In this document: positions 1-13,900 of the stretch, one piece after another
Numbering within the stretch: the first letter of the stretch is position 1
How the letters are laid out: each line of letters opens with the position of its first letter
The notes under the pieces: model-generated
What the model was told of the DNA's origin: nothing
Database searches by the model: none
The model's input: only the letters and a program-made list of their open reading frames with translations
Position numbers and translations under genes: made by a program
NCBI GenBank assembly: GCA_028534125.1
Contig: CM052816.1
Coordinates: forward strand, 37,326,001 to 37,390,000
Direction: 5' to 3'
Length of the DNA: 64,000 bases
DNA from: Lama glama
Lineage: Eukaryota

Positions 1-260
1 TGGTTTCCACAATAGCTGTACCATTCTACAGTCTCACCAGCAATGTATGAGGGTAGCAATTTCTTAATATTCTCATCAAAACCTGATATTGTCTTCTTTT
101 TTGTTATTTCCATATGAATGCATATGAAAGTGGTCTCTCATAGATTTGATTTGCATTTCCCTAATGACTAATGATATTGAGCATCTTTTCTTTTAATAAC
201 TGGCCATTTGTATTCTTTTGAGAAATAACTTCAAGTCCTTTAACCATTTCTTAACTGGCT
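1..260 (-). mobile_element. Old LINE-1 fragment, ORF2 3' region
   Basis: Typical antisense L1 text: TTCCACAATAGCTGTACCATT...CACCAGCAATGTATGAGGG, GATTTGCATTTCCCTAATGACTAATGATATTGAGCATCTTTTC. Confidence 0.85.
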
Positions 261-269
261 AAAGTCTAA

Positions 270-1830
270 TCCTGGACTGTTGTTTGGGAGTGCTTTTTTT
301 GGTTACTAGTTCAATCTGTTTACTTGCTGTAGGTATCCTATACTTGCTATTGTTCTGTTCATTTTGTTTCTTCTTCAGTTCGGTTTAGTAGCGTGTATCA
401 TTAGAGTAATTTGTCATTTCTTCTAGGTTATCTAATTTTTTGCCATGGAATCATTCTTAGTATTCCTTATAATCTATTTTACCCTTGTAAGGACTATCTT
501 CCCACTTGCATTCCTGAGTTGAGTACTTTGAGTCTTGTTTTCTTGTGCAGTCAAGCTAACATTTTGTCAATTTTTGTTAACTTTTCAAAGAATGAGATCT
601 TAGTTTTGTTGATTTTCTCTATTATTTCTGTATTTTTTATCATTTATTTCTGTTCTAATCTTTTAAAATTCCTCATGCTTGATTTGGGTTTAGTTTGGTC
701 TTGTTTTCTAGTTTCTTTGATTAAAAAGTTAGGTTATTGGTTTGATATTTTTTCTCTTTTTAATGAGGCATTTATAGATATATATTTCCCTCTAAACACA
801 ACATTGCTTTAGTTTCATCCCATAAACTTTGGTATATTTTATTTTTGTTTTTTAATCTCAAAGTATTTTTAATTTCCATTGTGATTTCTCTTCTGTGCCA
901 TTGCTAAATTTAAATGTTTGCTGTTTAATTTCCACATATCTGTAAATTTCCCAAATTACCTTCTGTTACTGACTTCTCATTTAATCCCATTTTGGTCAGA
1001 GGAGATGTATCTTGTATTATTTCATTATTTAAAATTTATTGAGACTTATTTTGTTAATGATTGCCCTGTAGATTACAATTAACATCTTAATTTATAAGAT
1101 TCAGTTTAAAACCAACTTAATTTCAATAATATACAAAATATTTTCTCTGCATAGCTTTGTTTGCGCATTCTCCTTTGTACTGTTATTGTGATAAAAAATT
1201 ACATCATTATACATTATATCATGGTGTGGCTAAAATATAGAATTATAAGTATTTCTTTAGGCAGCTGTCTTCTACATGATATAGGTAGCATTTATATAAT
1301 TGTTTATTTTTATCAATATAGTTACCTTTCCTGGTGATTTGCATTTATTCTTGAGGATTTGAGTTTAGTATTCACTAAATTTTTATAAATTTAGGATTCA
1401 CTCTTTAGTTTTTGTTTTTTTTTTTTTTTTCAAACTAAAGGGTAGTAATTGCTAGGAAGCTCTTTGTTTACATTGGGAGCTCACCTTCAACCTCACTAAG
1501 TCTGTTGACATCATGTCTGAGTCTTCACTTGCTGCATGTGAGAGCCTCATGATTAACCAGAGGTGAGAGCTTCGGGCCTCCTCAGGTCTTTCTTGAGCAT
1601 TCACACAGCCCTGAGGGTACGCATCACTCCTGTGTGTGCTCTTCCAGGCCCGCAGGAATGTGTCAGAGCTTTTCAAAGGCCACTATGTCACCCCCCAGGT
1701 TTTCATCTGAAGATTTTTAGTTAGACTGTATTTTTGATCCAGCTGCTATCCAGTGCCTCAAGTAGCTTCAAAATGAAATAATTGCCTCGATTTGTTTTCA
1801 ACAACACTCAAAGGAAAAATGCTTTTCCTC
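270..1830 (-). mobile_element. Old L1M fragments (ORF2 5' part and upstream region), degraded
   Basis: T-rich antisense L1 motifs: TTCTTCTAGGTTATCTAATTT, TTTTCAAAGAA, TTTCCCTCTAAACAC, TTTAATTTCCACATA, TTTGGTCAGAG. The ORF 411..812 is an antisense artefact of this repeat. Confidence 0.6.
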
Positions 1831-3219
1831 TCACACCTTCTTTTTCAGAACCTCTTTATTCCTTTGTGAAACCTTCATGACTTTGACTTATTCCTCTTCT
1901 TGACACTTCACTGCCCAAGAGATCCTTGGTGGAGAGAAAACTTCTCTGGGTCTGATTTGTCCTCCATGAAGCACTAGGCTTAGACCTGTCTCTTTTGGCA
2001 ACTTCATTCCTCTCCATGCCTAAGACCTAAAAGGATCAGTACCAGAAATGACTACGTGGGAAGGCATTTTTGTGTTTCCCTACATTTTATCCCACTTTAC
2101 TTTAGGCAACTTTTTCCATTTCTTATGTCTCATTCAAGAATGGATTTTCTCCAGAAAATTTAAAATTTTAAAAATCATTCATATGCTCTCCCTCTGGGTT
2201 ATTTACTTCTTGTTAAATTGAATTTAGTAGGAGGCAAATCAGAGTTCTGAAGAAATTCAAAGAAAATTTTCTATTTAGTGTTGCCAAAATTGATTTATTT
2301 TCTCTTTGGTAAGAAAACATTCTCTGAATGCTCAAGCTGAAGTCAATTCTAGTGGCCAGTGTACTTACAGTCTGCATTCAGTTCTCTGCCGTCATTAAGT
2401 AATTTCAATAGTAGTACAAAGCCTTCCTTCCTTTATAACTATAAACAATGGTTTTGGTTTTATTGTATCTTTATTTTTTAATAATCTTTGGAAATAAGAC
2501 ATATTAAACAATAAATACAACAACAAACACTGTATAAAATTCTTTTTTAGGCAGATATGTCTCTAGAATCTACAACATATTAAATGCTTAACTAGGTACC
2601 AGAGATAAAGAAACAAATGGTCGTTTCTGAGTAATACATTTTATAGTTTGAATTTTAAAACATACCTTGAAGTTTCAGAAGTGGGAGAATCAAGAAGAGC
2701 TGGCGCAGTCTGGAAAAACAACCTGAATGTATGAGAGAAGGAAATGAACTGAGCATTAAAGAACGAGTAGGACTTAAGGAAACAGGGAATTCAGAAAAGC
2801 AGTCATGCTCCAGAGTCAGATCATGAAGTCAGTCAAATAAATCCCAGACTAGCAAGCCCGACAGACCCAATGTTTCTTTCTAAAGTAAATGTTGAGAATG
2901 TGTAACTGCTGCTTCAGGCTGGGTATAAGGCTTTGTGGACTGGTATTCTTTCATTGCTCTGAAATGGATAGGAAGTTGTCCAACATAAAAGTCTTTTCTT
3001 GATCAAAAAAAAAAAATACTTTTCTCTTAATTTTATTCTTCCTCTCACAGCTGGTTGGATGAGTTTTTCCAGGTGCTTTATAAGTACTTCTCTCATTCCT
3101 TCCCCCAACATCTCTAAGTAATCCAGAAAATATTTCATTAACTAGAGTGCCTTCAGAAAAAAGAGATTGCTACCCGACCTCAAAAAATTAAAAAAAAAAA
3201 AAGGAAAACTCAGTCCTGC

Positions 3220-3782
3220 TTGGCCCAGAAGATGATAGTGAATGTGGCACAAGCAGAGACATGAAAAGTGTTTGCAGAAAGGCTTGTCCCTGCCTTTTAC
3301 CAGAAGAAGCTCCCCAGTGTAATCTGGTGGAAGACAAGAGATGTGAGGGAACCATGTTCAGTGTCTTGTACTAACCCATAATGAAAAAGAATATGAAAAT
3401 GAATGTATGTGTATGTATGAATGAAACATTATACTGTATACCAGAAATCGGCACATTGTAACTGACTATACTTCAATTAAAAAAAAAAAAGATGTAAAAC
3501 AGCAGACTGGCCCCAATCAACCCAGCTCAGACCATCCTAGAAGAGCAGATCACCAGTCAAGTCCTGCGTATGTGAGTGAGCCCCGTCAATATTAGCAGAG
3601 CCAATTGGCAAGACACTTTACAAAGCAAGCCACCTCCGAGAGGTGTGAGCAGCAACAGCCAGGCCACATTTAGATCAGTGAAAGCCGTGAGACATGCCGG
3701 ACTTCAGTGTTTATTGTCCTGTGCCTCTAAGTCGTGGGTGGTATGACAGGCAATGCTACTGGGTCAATAGATAACTGATGTA
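3220..3782 (+). mobile_element. MaLR LTR (MLT1-type), interrupted by a short L1 3' end
   Basis: MLT1-like motifs ATGTGAGTGAGCCC, GTTTATTGT...GCCTCTAAG and terminal CAATAGATAACTGA. Confidence 0.6.
3347..3490 (+). mobile_element. Severely 5'-truncated lineage-specific L1 3' end with poly(A)
   Basis: GGGAACCATGTTCAGTGTCTTGTA...CATTGTAACTGACTATACTTCAATT followed by an A tract. Imperfect TSD AAGAGATGTGA (3336-3346) / AAAAGATGTAA (3487-3497). Confidence 0.85.
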
Positions 3783-4529
3783 CTCAGCTTGTGACCAAAG
3801 ATATAACCTTTTTACATTCAGAAAAGAAAATACCTTTTAGTCACTTCTTTGGAGTAGCTTGATTAAGGAAAAAACTGGATCTGTCTGCCCGCCCAAAGCC
3901 ACTGCTCCTCTGTGACCCACTATGGAAGTGTTTCTCCCATCCGACCAGGTGAAACGGTTCAGTGCTCTCAGGATTCCTCCTGAAATTAGCAGGCAGCCAA
4001 AAGATATGGCAAATTTCCTCGCATGGAAACTGATGACTACTAGGTTGCTGACGTTTTGATCGTCTGTTTGCTCCTGTTGTTCTTTTCATTTTCTTCTTTT
4101 CAAATAAAAACAAAAGGAGGGCATAAAATTACAGCCACATCCCTGTCGAATATGAGGAAATAGCAGAACTCATCATTTAAAATACTGGGATAAAATGTTA
4201 TTTTTTTTAAAACTGGCATAATTTGCTTATTCATGATATTTGCCAGGATCATAAAGGCACCAGAACTTTTTAATTACATTCCTAGGAACCATCATGAAAT
4301 GTTCAGCATGTGTAAACACATGTAAAATTACCTACATTTGCATGACAGGTGAAGTAGTGGAATAATTACCTAGACCTTTCCACTTCTTTCGATCTTGGAA
4401 TCAGATGTCATGTGTGTGCACAGGTACAAATTATGCTCTATTTTACAAATTAGTATGAACTAAAACCTCTACCAAGTGGAAAGAGGTAGAGAAGGGGCAA
4501 CATCTCCTACTGTTGGGTAAAAATACTAC

Positions 4530-5010
4530 TCCTGTTGGCTTCATTCTAGTAAAGCTCCCACTGAAGTCATCTCTGTTCCTCTTTTCCCTCCTCTAAATCT
4601 ACCCTCCACCTTTCTTCACGTTTCTCTCTGTCAAAGGCCATCCACCCTTACCCCATCAACACATCTAGTGATTTCAGGTATTCAGCCAACAGGCCAGCCC
4701 TGGCAGAAGATCATGAAGAATGGTACTTACCCTTACATCCTTCCTGCAAGATTTCCTTGGGTTGTCAAAGATCACTTTTCTCTCAGGCCAGAAGACCCAA
4801 TGTCCTACTTTTTGTGATCCCAGTCTCTGGTAACACATGCCTTACCTACATCCCTTAGGGTATGGGGTGTTAAGTCCTGGTCACTGCACGATTCCTTATT
4901 TCTCCTTACCCCACATCTTCGAAATTACTGTAAATAAAGCCTTCTAGAATTATAATTAACCCAAATTAAGTTGGCCATCTGTTTCCTGTAGGGACACTAA
5001 CTGGTAAACT
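4530..5010 (+). mobile_element. Solo ERVL-type LTR (LTR33/LTR41-like)
   Basis: AATAAA at ~4933 followed by the characteristic end GCCATCTGTTTCCTGTAGGGACACTAACTG. Confidence 0.55.
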
Positions 5011-5274
5011 CTTTAAACACATTCCTCAAAATTCTCTTTTTTCATTAAACAATTAACTTTTTGCAAGAGGTGTGAATGTGCATCTGAGATCTTGGATAGA
5101 TTAGAACTTGCCTGGCTATTGGAAGGGCTGTTTGTGGGAGGAAAACAGAAAAAAAACCAAAAACACTGTATTATTTTCCAACCCACAGTAGAGAAGAAGT
5201 TTATGGCACAATGTAACATGGTATGAAAGTTAATTTGGATAAAATGCAAGGCCAAACCATGTTCTGACTGTATA

Positions 5275-5400
5275 GTTTTGATGGTAACTTAAGCCTCAAT
5301 TTCCCCATTTTTTGAAATAAGCATTAGACTACCTGCTCTATTCACCTTCAGCAGGATTCTTGAGAGAATCTAATGATATACAAAGAAAAATACATAGAAT
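5275..5400 (+). mobile_element. MIR SINE fragment
   Basis: MIR core-like AAGCCTCAATTTCCCCATTTTTTGAAAT...CAGGATTCTTGAGAGAATCTAATGA. Confidence 0.5.
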
Positions 5401-7134
5401 TATAAAATTTAAAAAACTCTTTTTGTTAAATATTTGAGAATATCCTATTTATGTGATTTTTGGCCCGATTAGACTAAAAGTTACAAGATTTGCAAACTCA
5501 GATTTGAGTCCCCTCATCTGTATATAGATTATTTTTTCCTCTTAAAAATTAGGATGAAGTTCCAGGTAAACTCAGTTAAAGGAGAAATTTAATTAAGCAG
5601 AAAGTTTTCTAAGATGAATTTCACCAAAGATATCTAATTTCTGCAACATCATATCCTGGCAAATGCAGGTCACTCCCATGAGTAAATATGTAGAAGTCAT
5701 CCAGATAGTTTATAAGGCTCCTCACTGATTGCTTCACGGCACTAAATACCTGGAAGGCAATTATATTATTTCTCTATCAATCACCTATTTTTCTGTCTGT
5801 CTCTCCAGGTTATTCAAGTAAACACAGCACGTATCATGGGGCATTATGTGTGGTCTGTTTGCTGTTATCTACCGCCAATGAAACCTTAGTAAGCAAGTCT
5901 TCCGCTACTGTTCTCCTCGCTGGGTAGAGTGGCTGAGCCAGTGATTCTTATCATATCTGAAGAAACACCACCCATCAGGGGTCACATTTACATGCTCTGT
6001 TGAAAAAGAACTTTAGCTGAAAGTGTTCTAATGGTTCAGATCCTGCTGTGAAACATATGTGAAGAGACATTAACCACCTACATGTGTTAGGAATGTAAGA
6101 AACACAGAAGAACTGCGCAGTTTTACAAACCGGCAAAATAATTGAAACTTAATGAGGAGGTTCTCTGGGCAGAAAATGACCCCTTGTTGCCGTGTCACTA
6201 AATTCCCACTTTCTATCTGGTAGCTGGAGAAATGAATGAGTAAGAGCAGAAAGAGCAGTCTGAATCCCACTGAGCCCATTTTTTCTCAGCGTTGATTACC
6301 TTCTAGGTGTTCTTTTTGCCACTTAGGTATTCAAAACAGTTTTTTTGCTTGACTGATTTGGATTATTTTTAAGTTTGTAAAAAACCAAGAGAGAAACTTC
6401 CTTCTAGTGTTTTCACTCAGTATTCTCCGGACAGAAGTAGTGAGATTCCAACATAATCCTGACTCATTTTTAGTGACACAGTTGTAAGTAACCCCTGGAA
6501 GTCTAAATTTGTTGAATTTGAACTGCTAGGCTCATTATTGTAAACTTCAAAAACAATCTGCCTTTTTAGACAGCATTTTTCTTCCACGAAGGAACCAAAG
6601 GATTTAATTCTGTATTTCTCCAGAGGCAAAATCTGTCTTTGGTTCTTCATATCATGCTGTTCAGTTGCCCAGGGCTTATAGATTGCCTCCAGCTTCCTGG
6701 GGTCCTTCACTCCTCAGAGCTGCCCTCTGGACCTGAATTTTCCAGTCACTATGTTGTCTGTCTTCACAAAGCAGTTTTAGTCAAATATATTTATCCAGCA
6801 TTTTCTCCCATTTCTCTCATTTCTTCTTAGTCTAGCTAAGCATTTCTTATCATTTCTCAATAGTAACAATAGTGGAAGAATCTCAAGTTTATGTCCATAT
6901 GGCTAGTTTGCTTTTTCCAATTATTGTTATTTTCCCACTTTCTGCTATCATCTTTGAGATCTCTCTGATCTTGTTGGATTTTGTAGCTCCCGGTGTTAGA
7001 CGTGTGGTGTATTTCTCTCTTTTTATGGGCTAACATGTCACCTCTAATCCCAGTTTCCCAGAATTGGTAAATTTTAACTGTTGGAGAAGGTGATTAGGGT
7101 CACACTTTATTTCAAATTAAGTTGCTAAAATGAA

Positions 7135-7800
7135 GCAACAGAAACTCTTAGAACACTGCAAATTGGAATGTAAAATGATACAACCATCTTGGATATCAGT
7201 CTGGCTGTTTTTCAGTGATGTTAAACGTACACATACTATATGAACCAGCCATTCAGCTCTTAGGCTGAATTTGCTAAAGAGAAATGAAGGCATATGTATG
7301 TGAGTACAAAATTGTGCATGTGTGTTTATAGAAGCTCTATTTGAAATCAGTGAAACCTAGAAATGTTAATTGTTCAGAACTAGGTAAATGGATAAACAAA
7401 TTATGATATAGCCATACAAAAGAATGCTACTCGGCAATAAAAATAATCAACTACTGATACTTACAACATATATAAATTTCAAAAAAAAATGATCCTGAGT
7501 GATAAAATCAAATAAAATGGGATTTATATTACCTCATGTATTTTTATTCCTAGAAAATGAAAACAAATATATCATGAAAGAGAATAGATCCTTGCTTACC
7601 TGGGGCTGTGGCCGGATGTGGTTTAGTTAAAGAAAGTGAATACAAAGGGGATTCAAGAAAACTTTGGGAGAGTTATTTACGTTTATAATCTTTATAGTAG
7701 TGATGGCTTCATAGTTGAATTCATAAGTCAAAACTTAAGAATTTACAGTATTCAATTTATTAAATATACTCTGTACTTCAACAAATCTGTTATAAAACAC
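7135..7800 (+). mobile_element. Old L1M 3' end (ORF2 C-terminus and 3'UTR)
   Basis: GGAATGTAAAATGATACAACCATCTTGGA, GGTAAATGGATAAACAAATTATG, ACTACTGATAC and terminal TATACTCTGTACTTCAACAAA. Confidence 0.8.
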
Positions 7801-10079
7801 AATATAAAGAAAACATCATGGGCTTCATCCTTAGAAATATTAAGTTGTTGAAAGATAGTGTTTATTTTTTGAGAGCATGACAATTCTTTCTGTGGAAAGG
7901 TGCTGAAAACCAGAGAAAAATGGAGGAAACAAATATTTTCAAGTTGATAGTTACAAAACAATGCACATTCCACATATACTTCTGTTTATTCATACTATCA
8001 ATATAAGTATAGTTAGAATAATGTTCATAGGAACAAAAGATTATGTGCTTATTAATCTCTTTAGGGAAGGGCTGTCCCTTCCTAGGAACTGAAAAGATCA
8101 ACTGGTTTAGGACATCATTCAGGAAAGTTTAGCGGGACTGAGGCAGGGTGAGTGGGAGAGCTGTGATGCGATTTTCTTGTTATGACATAACGCTGCCTTT
8201 TCAGATCCCAGAGATGTAATTCATCCAGATCAGGAAACCCCACCTCAGTGGACTAGACAAACAATTTGCCTGGAAATTGTGGACAGTCACCTTTTCATAA
8301 TCAACCCACGTGAGTTACACTCAATAGTTTTAACCTTTAGGAAGATACTAGCTAAGTATGTTGTGGGTATTTATTTTAGTAAGAGTTTAAAGTGAAAGCA
8401 AATCCTATGATACACTCCTCTTTCGTGGTGTCTTGAAATTTCCTTCTGATTGCAATTAAAATAATACTTCAACCTTAATTTAGGGCTGTTGTAAGATCAA
8501 CCAGATAATAGTCTCTTTTGCTACACAAACTCTCTAAGACAAAATTGAGATTAACAGATTTTGCTCCAGTCAACTTCTGAGTATCAGATAGCATACGTAT
8601 TGTTAACACTGTAGAAAACAGAGTTATTAAAAAAAAAGATAAGAAGTGTTGTTCTGAAATTCCAAAATGAGTTACTAGCAAACCGTAGATGTAATATAGC
8701 TCTTTCTGTGTCTAACCAGGAATGTTTCCAGTGGTCTTTTATGATATTATTGACTTTGAATGTGGACTGAACTGCTCAGTTGCAACTTCTAATAAGTCAC
8801 TGGCTGAAATTTAAAAGAATTACCACGACTTAATGACACTGCCACATCTACTTAGAAAATCCAGAGTACAAATCAAATCATTTAAAAATAACTATGAATT
8901 AGAGAAATGAGAGAGAGTGAAAGCCTTGGAATTTTAAAAAAGCAATCATTATGTGCTTATAATTTTCATAGCCTTAAAATAATAATAAGAAACCAGACTC
9001 ATTTCTCATTTTTTTTACAGCTATTAATACTAACAATGGAGTGGATCTTTCTTATCATCTAATTTCAGGGGTTATATTTCCAGAAATTATATAAATAAAA
9101 ACTGCCAAGCTAGTTGAAACCTCTGAAGTTTCAGGATAAAGAAAAAAGATCCCTAGAGTTGATTTGGGCAGCGTCACAGGCCTTTCAGGGGTTTAGACGG
9201 TTCTTGACTGTAAGCTCTCTGGCTCCTAAATCATGTCTCTTTACAACACACTCTGCATGTTTTCTCATATGATCAATGGTAGTTTGTGCCCCTGTCAGAA
9301 ATTAAATTGAAGCTTGCTCCATTTCTGTCAAGATGGTCTTCAGTGATTCCTTGACCTCTGAAGCAATAGTGCTGGAAACTAGCAGTTGCAGGATTCCTGT
9401 AAGCTCAAAATTTTGAACTCATGGTGTCTTGGTGTCGTAGTGTCTTGCAGACTGTTTCACAGTCTCCTGCTTCCTCACGCCTACCATCACCTGCTCTCCT
9501 CACCCTCAGCCGGGGACCTTGCTTTCTACTTTCCTGAGAAAATTGAAGTGATGGAGAACTCCCTCCACATCTACCCACTGCCAGCACATGCAGCCACACA
9601 GTCCTGCCCATAATGGTGCCTGGAGACCACACTTTCAGTTCTGTTGGTTCCTTACCACTTTTGCCAACTCAAGGTCGTCACTACACAATTGTGTCCTCTC
9701 CTTCATATGTCATTTTGTCCTTTCTACTGTATCATGTTTGTCTAGTGCATTATGCCACTGGTTTTTTTTCCATCTGGAAACAAAACATTTCACTCATCCC
9801 ATTCCCCCTGTCAGTTACTGCCCTGTTTCTTTGCTATCCTTTGCAACATATTTCCTCAGAGTTTTTTTTATGCCAGTATTTCCTGTTATTTTCTTCCCAT
9901 TGCTCTTAACAATAAACCTATTTCCATTTTAAAGAGTTTTCTGTCCAAACTTTAACTCTCATGGCAACATCAACAACTGCCTCCTCCCTGCCAAATCCTT
10001 TGGCCATTTTACAATTTTAATTTTTCAGAAACCATCAGCAGCTTTTTACACAGTTGGTAACTTCTCTATCATTAATACA

Positions 10080-10325
10080 TATATGAGCCAAACTAAGCTG
10101 GATTATGCAACAGCAGAAACCAAACCCCCGTTCTCAGTGTGGTAGAAAAATCATCCATGTCTCTCCTTCCTTCTACCCATTTATCCCAGGTGGCTTGGAG
10201 TCTCTCTCTGACCCTCACTCGGGAACCAAGGCTGAGGGAACAACTACTATTTGGAAAAAGAGCTGCTAACTGCTTGAGTCAAGAAATGAGCCATTTCGCA
10301 GCTCACTACTCAGACCATCTATAGC
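10080..10325 (-). mobile_element. MaLR LTR fragment (old MLT1-type)
   Basis: CTGGATTATGCAACAGCAGAAACCAAACCCC...CTCACTCGGGAACCAAGGCTGA resembles antisense old MLT1. Confidence 0.45.
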
Positions 10326-10569
10326 CCATCCCCTCTTTTCTCAGACCCATATCCAAACTATAGACAAGTCTCATTTTCCTTATCTACAAAATAGGCCCAC
10401 ATCTGGTCACTTCTCTCTATCTTTACTGCTAACATCCAAGCCAACATCCTCTTTTTCTTGAATTATGATAATATGTTCATAACAAGCAAGTTTCCTTGCT
10501 TCTTAGTTGCACCCCAACAGTTTATTTGCAACATAGTCACCTGAGAGATTCTTTTAAAATGTTACTATG

Positions 10570-10940
10570 TCGCCATAAAAAGGAAGGGAATTCTGACATA
10601 TGCTACAGCATGGATTAATCTTGAAAACATGATGCTCAGTGAATTTAGCCAGTCAAACAAGCACCAATACTGTATGATTTCACTTATATGAAGTACATAG
10701 AATAGTCAAATTCATAGACAGGAAGGAGAATGGTGATTGTCAGGGGCTGGGGGATAGAGAGAATGGCGGTTATTGATTAATGGACACAGTTTCAGTTTGG
10801 GAAGATGAAAAACATTCTGCAGAAGGTTGTTAGTGATGATTATGCAACAGTGTGAATCTACTCAGTGCTACTGACCTGAACACTTAAAATATGTTTAAAA
10901 TGGTAACATGTGTACCTATTTTACCACAATAAAGAAATAG
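10570..10940 (+). mobile_element. L1MB-type 3' end
   Basis: AAAAGGAAGGGAATTCTGACATATGCTACAGCATGGAT...TACTGTATGATTTCACTTATATGAAGTAC...TTTCAGTTTGGGAAGATGAAAA...TATTTTACCACAATAAA. Confidence 0.85.
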
Positions 10941-13900
10941 AAAAATATTAAGTAACATCATATCACTCTACCACATTCTTTTCTGAAGGTTTCCAGTTTC
11001 ATTTAGAGAAATAAACCGAAGTGTTTATCTTGGCCTACGTGGTCACGCATTATCTGTCTGCGTAACCTCTATGATTACCTCACCTACTGTCTCTCTCTCA
11101 CTTGCTTTGTTCCAGCTCTGCTGGCCTTTCTAAAACCTTATGCTCTTCCCTCCAGCCATGACTAATTCTCTGTCCACCTTGGTTTAATCTTATCTTCTCA
11201 ATGAATCACCTCGATCACACTGTGAAATGCTATACACACCCAGACTTCTACTCACCATTAACCTACTGTAGATTTTGTGTAGTACCTAACATTTTCTAAA
11301 ATATTATGTAATCTGCTTAGTTCTTATGTTTGTTTATTACTCACTTGCTAAAATATAGGTTCCCCAGAGAAAAAAACTTGCCGTTTAGCTTGTTGTATTA
11401 CAAGTGCAATAGACAGTTTAAGACTCGTAGAAGGTGCTAAAGAGATAACTGTTGAATGTCGAATATACAAATGCCATTCTACTACTCCCAACCAATATTC
11501 ACATTTGATCTATCAGGCTTTCCAATCTCAGTAATCCTTAAAAATGTATTTGCTGTCTTTTCCTAGGTAATCTTGAATAGACCACAGTTCTTTTACTTTT
11601 CTTCCAGGCAAGTAGTTGACATTTATTTGAATTAGACTTTGCTTTTATTGTTCAATTGCTTGCTTTTTATTGGTGTATCTGCAGGAATGAGAACAGTAAT
11701 CTAAAAGCAAGTTAACTTTTACAACAGTTTCTCTTTTTTCCTTTTCTGCTTTTATTAGTTGTTCTGGTAGTTATAAATGATTTTTATGGACAATCTTTAT
11801 TTGTGGGGGATTTAACATTATTAGTGGAGATGGCATATGGATAGCAACTGAAATTTTATACTTTAATTTATTCCAATTAGATGTATCATCATTATTTGGC
11901 AATAACACCTGGTACAAATTTTTGTCATACGTTTGAAGTTTGAATGTGACTAGCAGGGACATTTAAAATTAAAACAGAATTAATAACTAGAAACAAAAAT
12001 TAAGAATTTAAGGCTCTCCAATGGTTTTAGAAATATAGACTTATTATTGGAAAATAATATATAAGTGATCCTTTCTGATTTAACATTTAGAACATTCTAT
12101 AAGAAAACTCATTCTTCCACCAACTGAGACAAATGCCAATAATAATTCTTCCTCGGATTTGGTGGCCATTTTAAGATTGTTGTTAAAAAACAACAGCAAC
12201 AAATATATGCCTATATATCAAGCATGAAAATCAATTTAAAAAGTATTTACGGAATGTTTTCAGTGTGTCCATCTCTGTAGTTAAAACTGTATACAGAATA
12301 TTCATTTGATTCTCTTTTGTGTGTTTTCAAATAATTTCATCAGAATAATTCCTCAGATCCACTTGAGCACCTTCTGAAATTTGTATATAGACAGGCTTTT
12401 TACACAATAAAGTCAGAATAAAGGTTAAAGATTTGGCCTTGCAATTATGTTTGCACTTTGCAAAAATGGGCTTTCGAGCAGTGGTTTCCCCATTTAACTT
12501 CCCACTCCCTGCCCCGTATGTGGGCAAGTGTTGGCTCCCCTGCATGCTCGCAATCACTGCCTTTGAGTAACCCTGGGAGTAATTACTTGCAGCCCCTACA
12601 TTTGTACCAGCAATCAATTTAGATTCTGCAGAAAAAAAGATTCTTAGCTGAATTATACCATTTAATGATATCTTACTTTAGCCTGAAAAATAATGCAGTC
12701 AGCTACACTTGAAAGCCCTGAATATTTTAAAACATGCAAACATAGACACAGTCCAGATCTCCAAATTCCATTCTTTCTATTTGTCCTTTTTCAAAATAGA
12801 GTCCATAGTTTAAATGGGGAGCTAGTGTTGGCAATGGCTTTCTCTACCATTCTAATGATTCTAGGGCTAAGTCTCATGCTTTTGAATATCAAACTCAAGA
12901 TTTATTTATTTTTTGTTTGTTTGATTGCTTCCTCAATGGTGTGCTAGCAAATGCTTAACAGTGGGTTCTTCAAAAAATACATGCATGTAATAATGTAATT
13001 AAGTTTATTGGGACTTTTACTTAATGATTGTGTAGCACATAGTTAAGAAAAAAATATAAAATGTACTCTTTTTTATAAACTCCATATAGCCAGTTGATCC
13101 TCTCAGATGCTCTCACTGAGTTTTTCCAATTTTTGTTAACATATGAAACATGATTACACTGACTAATGAATATAATTCTAACATGAATAATGGTTGTTAT
13201 TTTGTTTATATTAATATCTAAGGAGAAAATGAAACAATTACATGTTGCAACATCACTAGTTCTTCAATGACACAAGACATTTTCACTGAATCAGAGAATG
13301 ATTTTTGAGTACTGGAAGAATATTTCCTCAGTGTATTGTTCCTTTTTCAATGAAATAGTGATATACATGGAAAACTTTTGAGTTTAACCTGCATTATTAA
13401 CATTTTCTCAATTTCTTTCTTAAGCCTGGATATTCAAAAAACTACTAAATGAAACCCTGATTTGTAGCATTTCTTATTCTCATCATTACAATCCACCCGG
13501 TGTGGCCAATTTCAAGATACCAATCTGACATCACTGAACAAATATTTCCAGTTTACAGAGAGAATACGTATATTAAGTTATTTATTAGATCATCAAAATC
13601 CCATCTTTAAAATTCTACTTGACTATTTTGTGCTTTTTTCCTAGACTCAGCAACATTTGAATGTTACCTTAGTCCACGGATGAAAATTCTAATTAGCTTA
13701 TTCCCGGCATTTTTCAATCTTTAACATACCACTTACTGAGATTTGCTGAAGGTGGTAATGCCACCCAGCTGGTCTCTGCGGGTTTCCTAGAAAGATGTAA
13801 TAAGCATGCTTTGATATTCTGGATGTGTAAGTTGTTTAGGGCCATAATTGTTTCTAATGGGCTCTTCTCTTCAAAAACACAGTTGGCTACTAAGCACAGC

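Larger units (their letters stand above)
9440..11465 (+). mobile_element. LINE-2 remnants, interrupted by MLT1 and L1MB insertions
   Basis: GACCTTGCTTTCTACTTTCCTGAGAAAATTGAAG, CCATCAGCAGCTTTT, CACTTCTCTCTATCTTTACTGCT and L2 3' end AGGTGCTAAAGAGATAACTGTTGAATG. Confidence 0.6.

Noticed and set aside
411..812. 133-aa hydrophobic ORF
   Set aside because: Antisense reading of T-rich L1 ORF2 sequence; it has a non-ATG start and is not a membrane protein gene.
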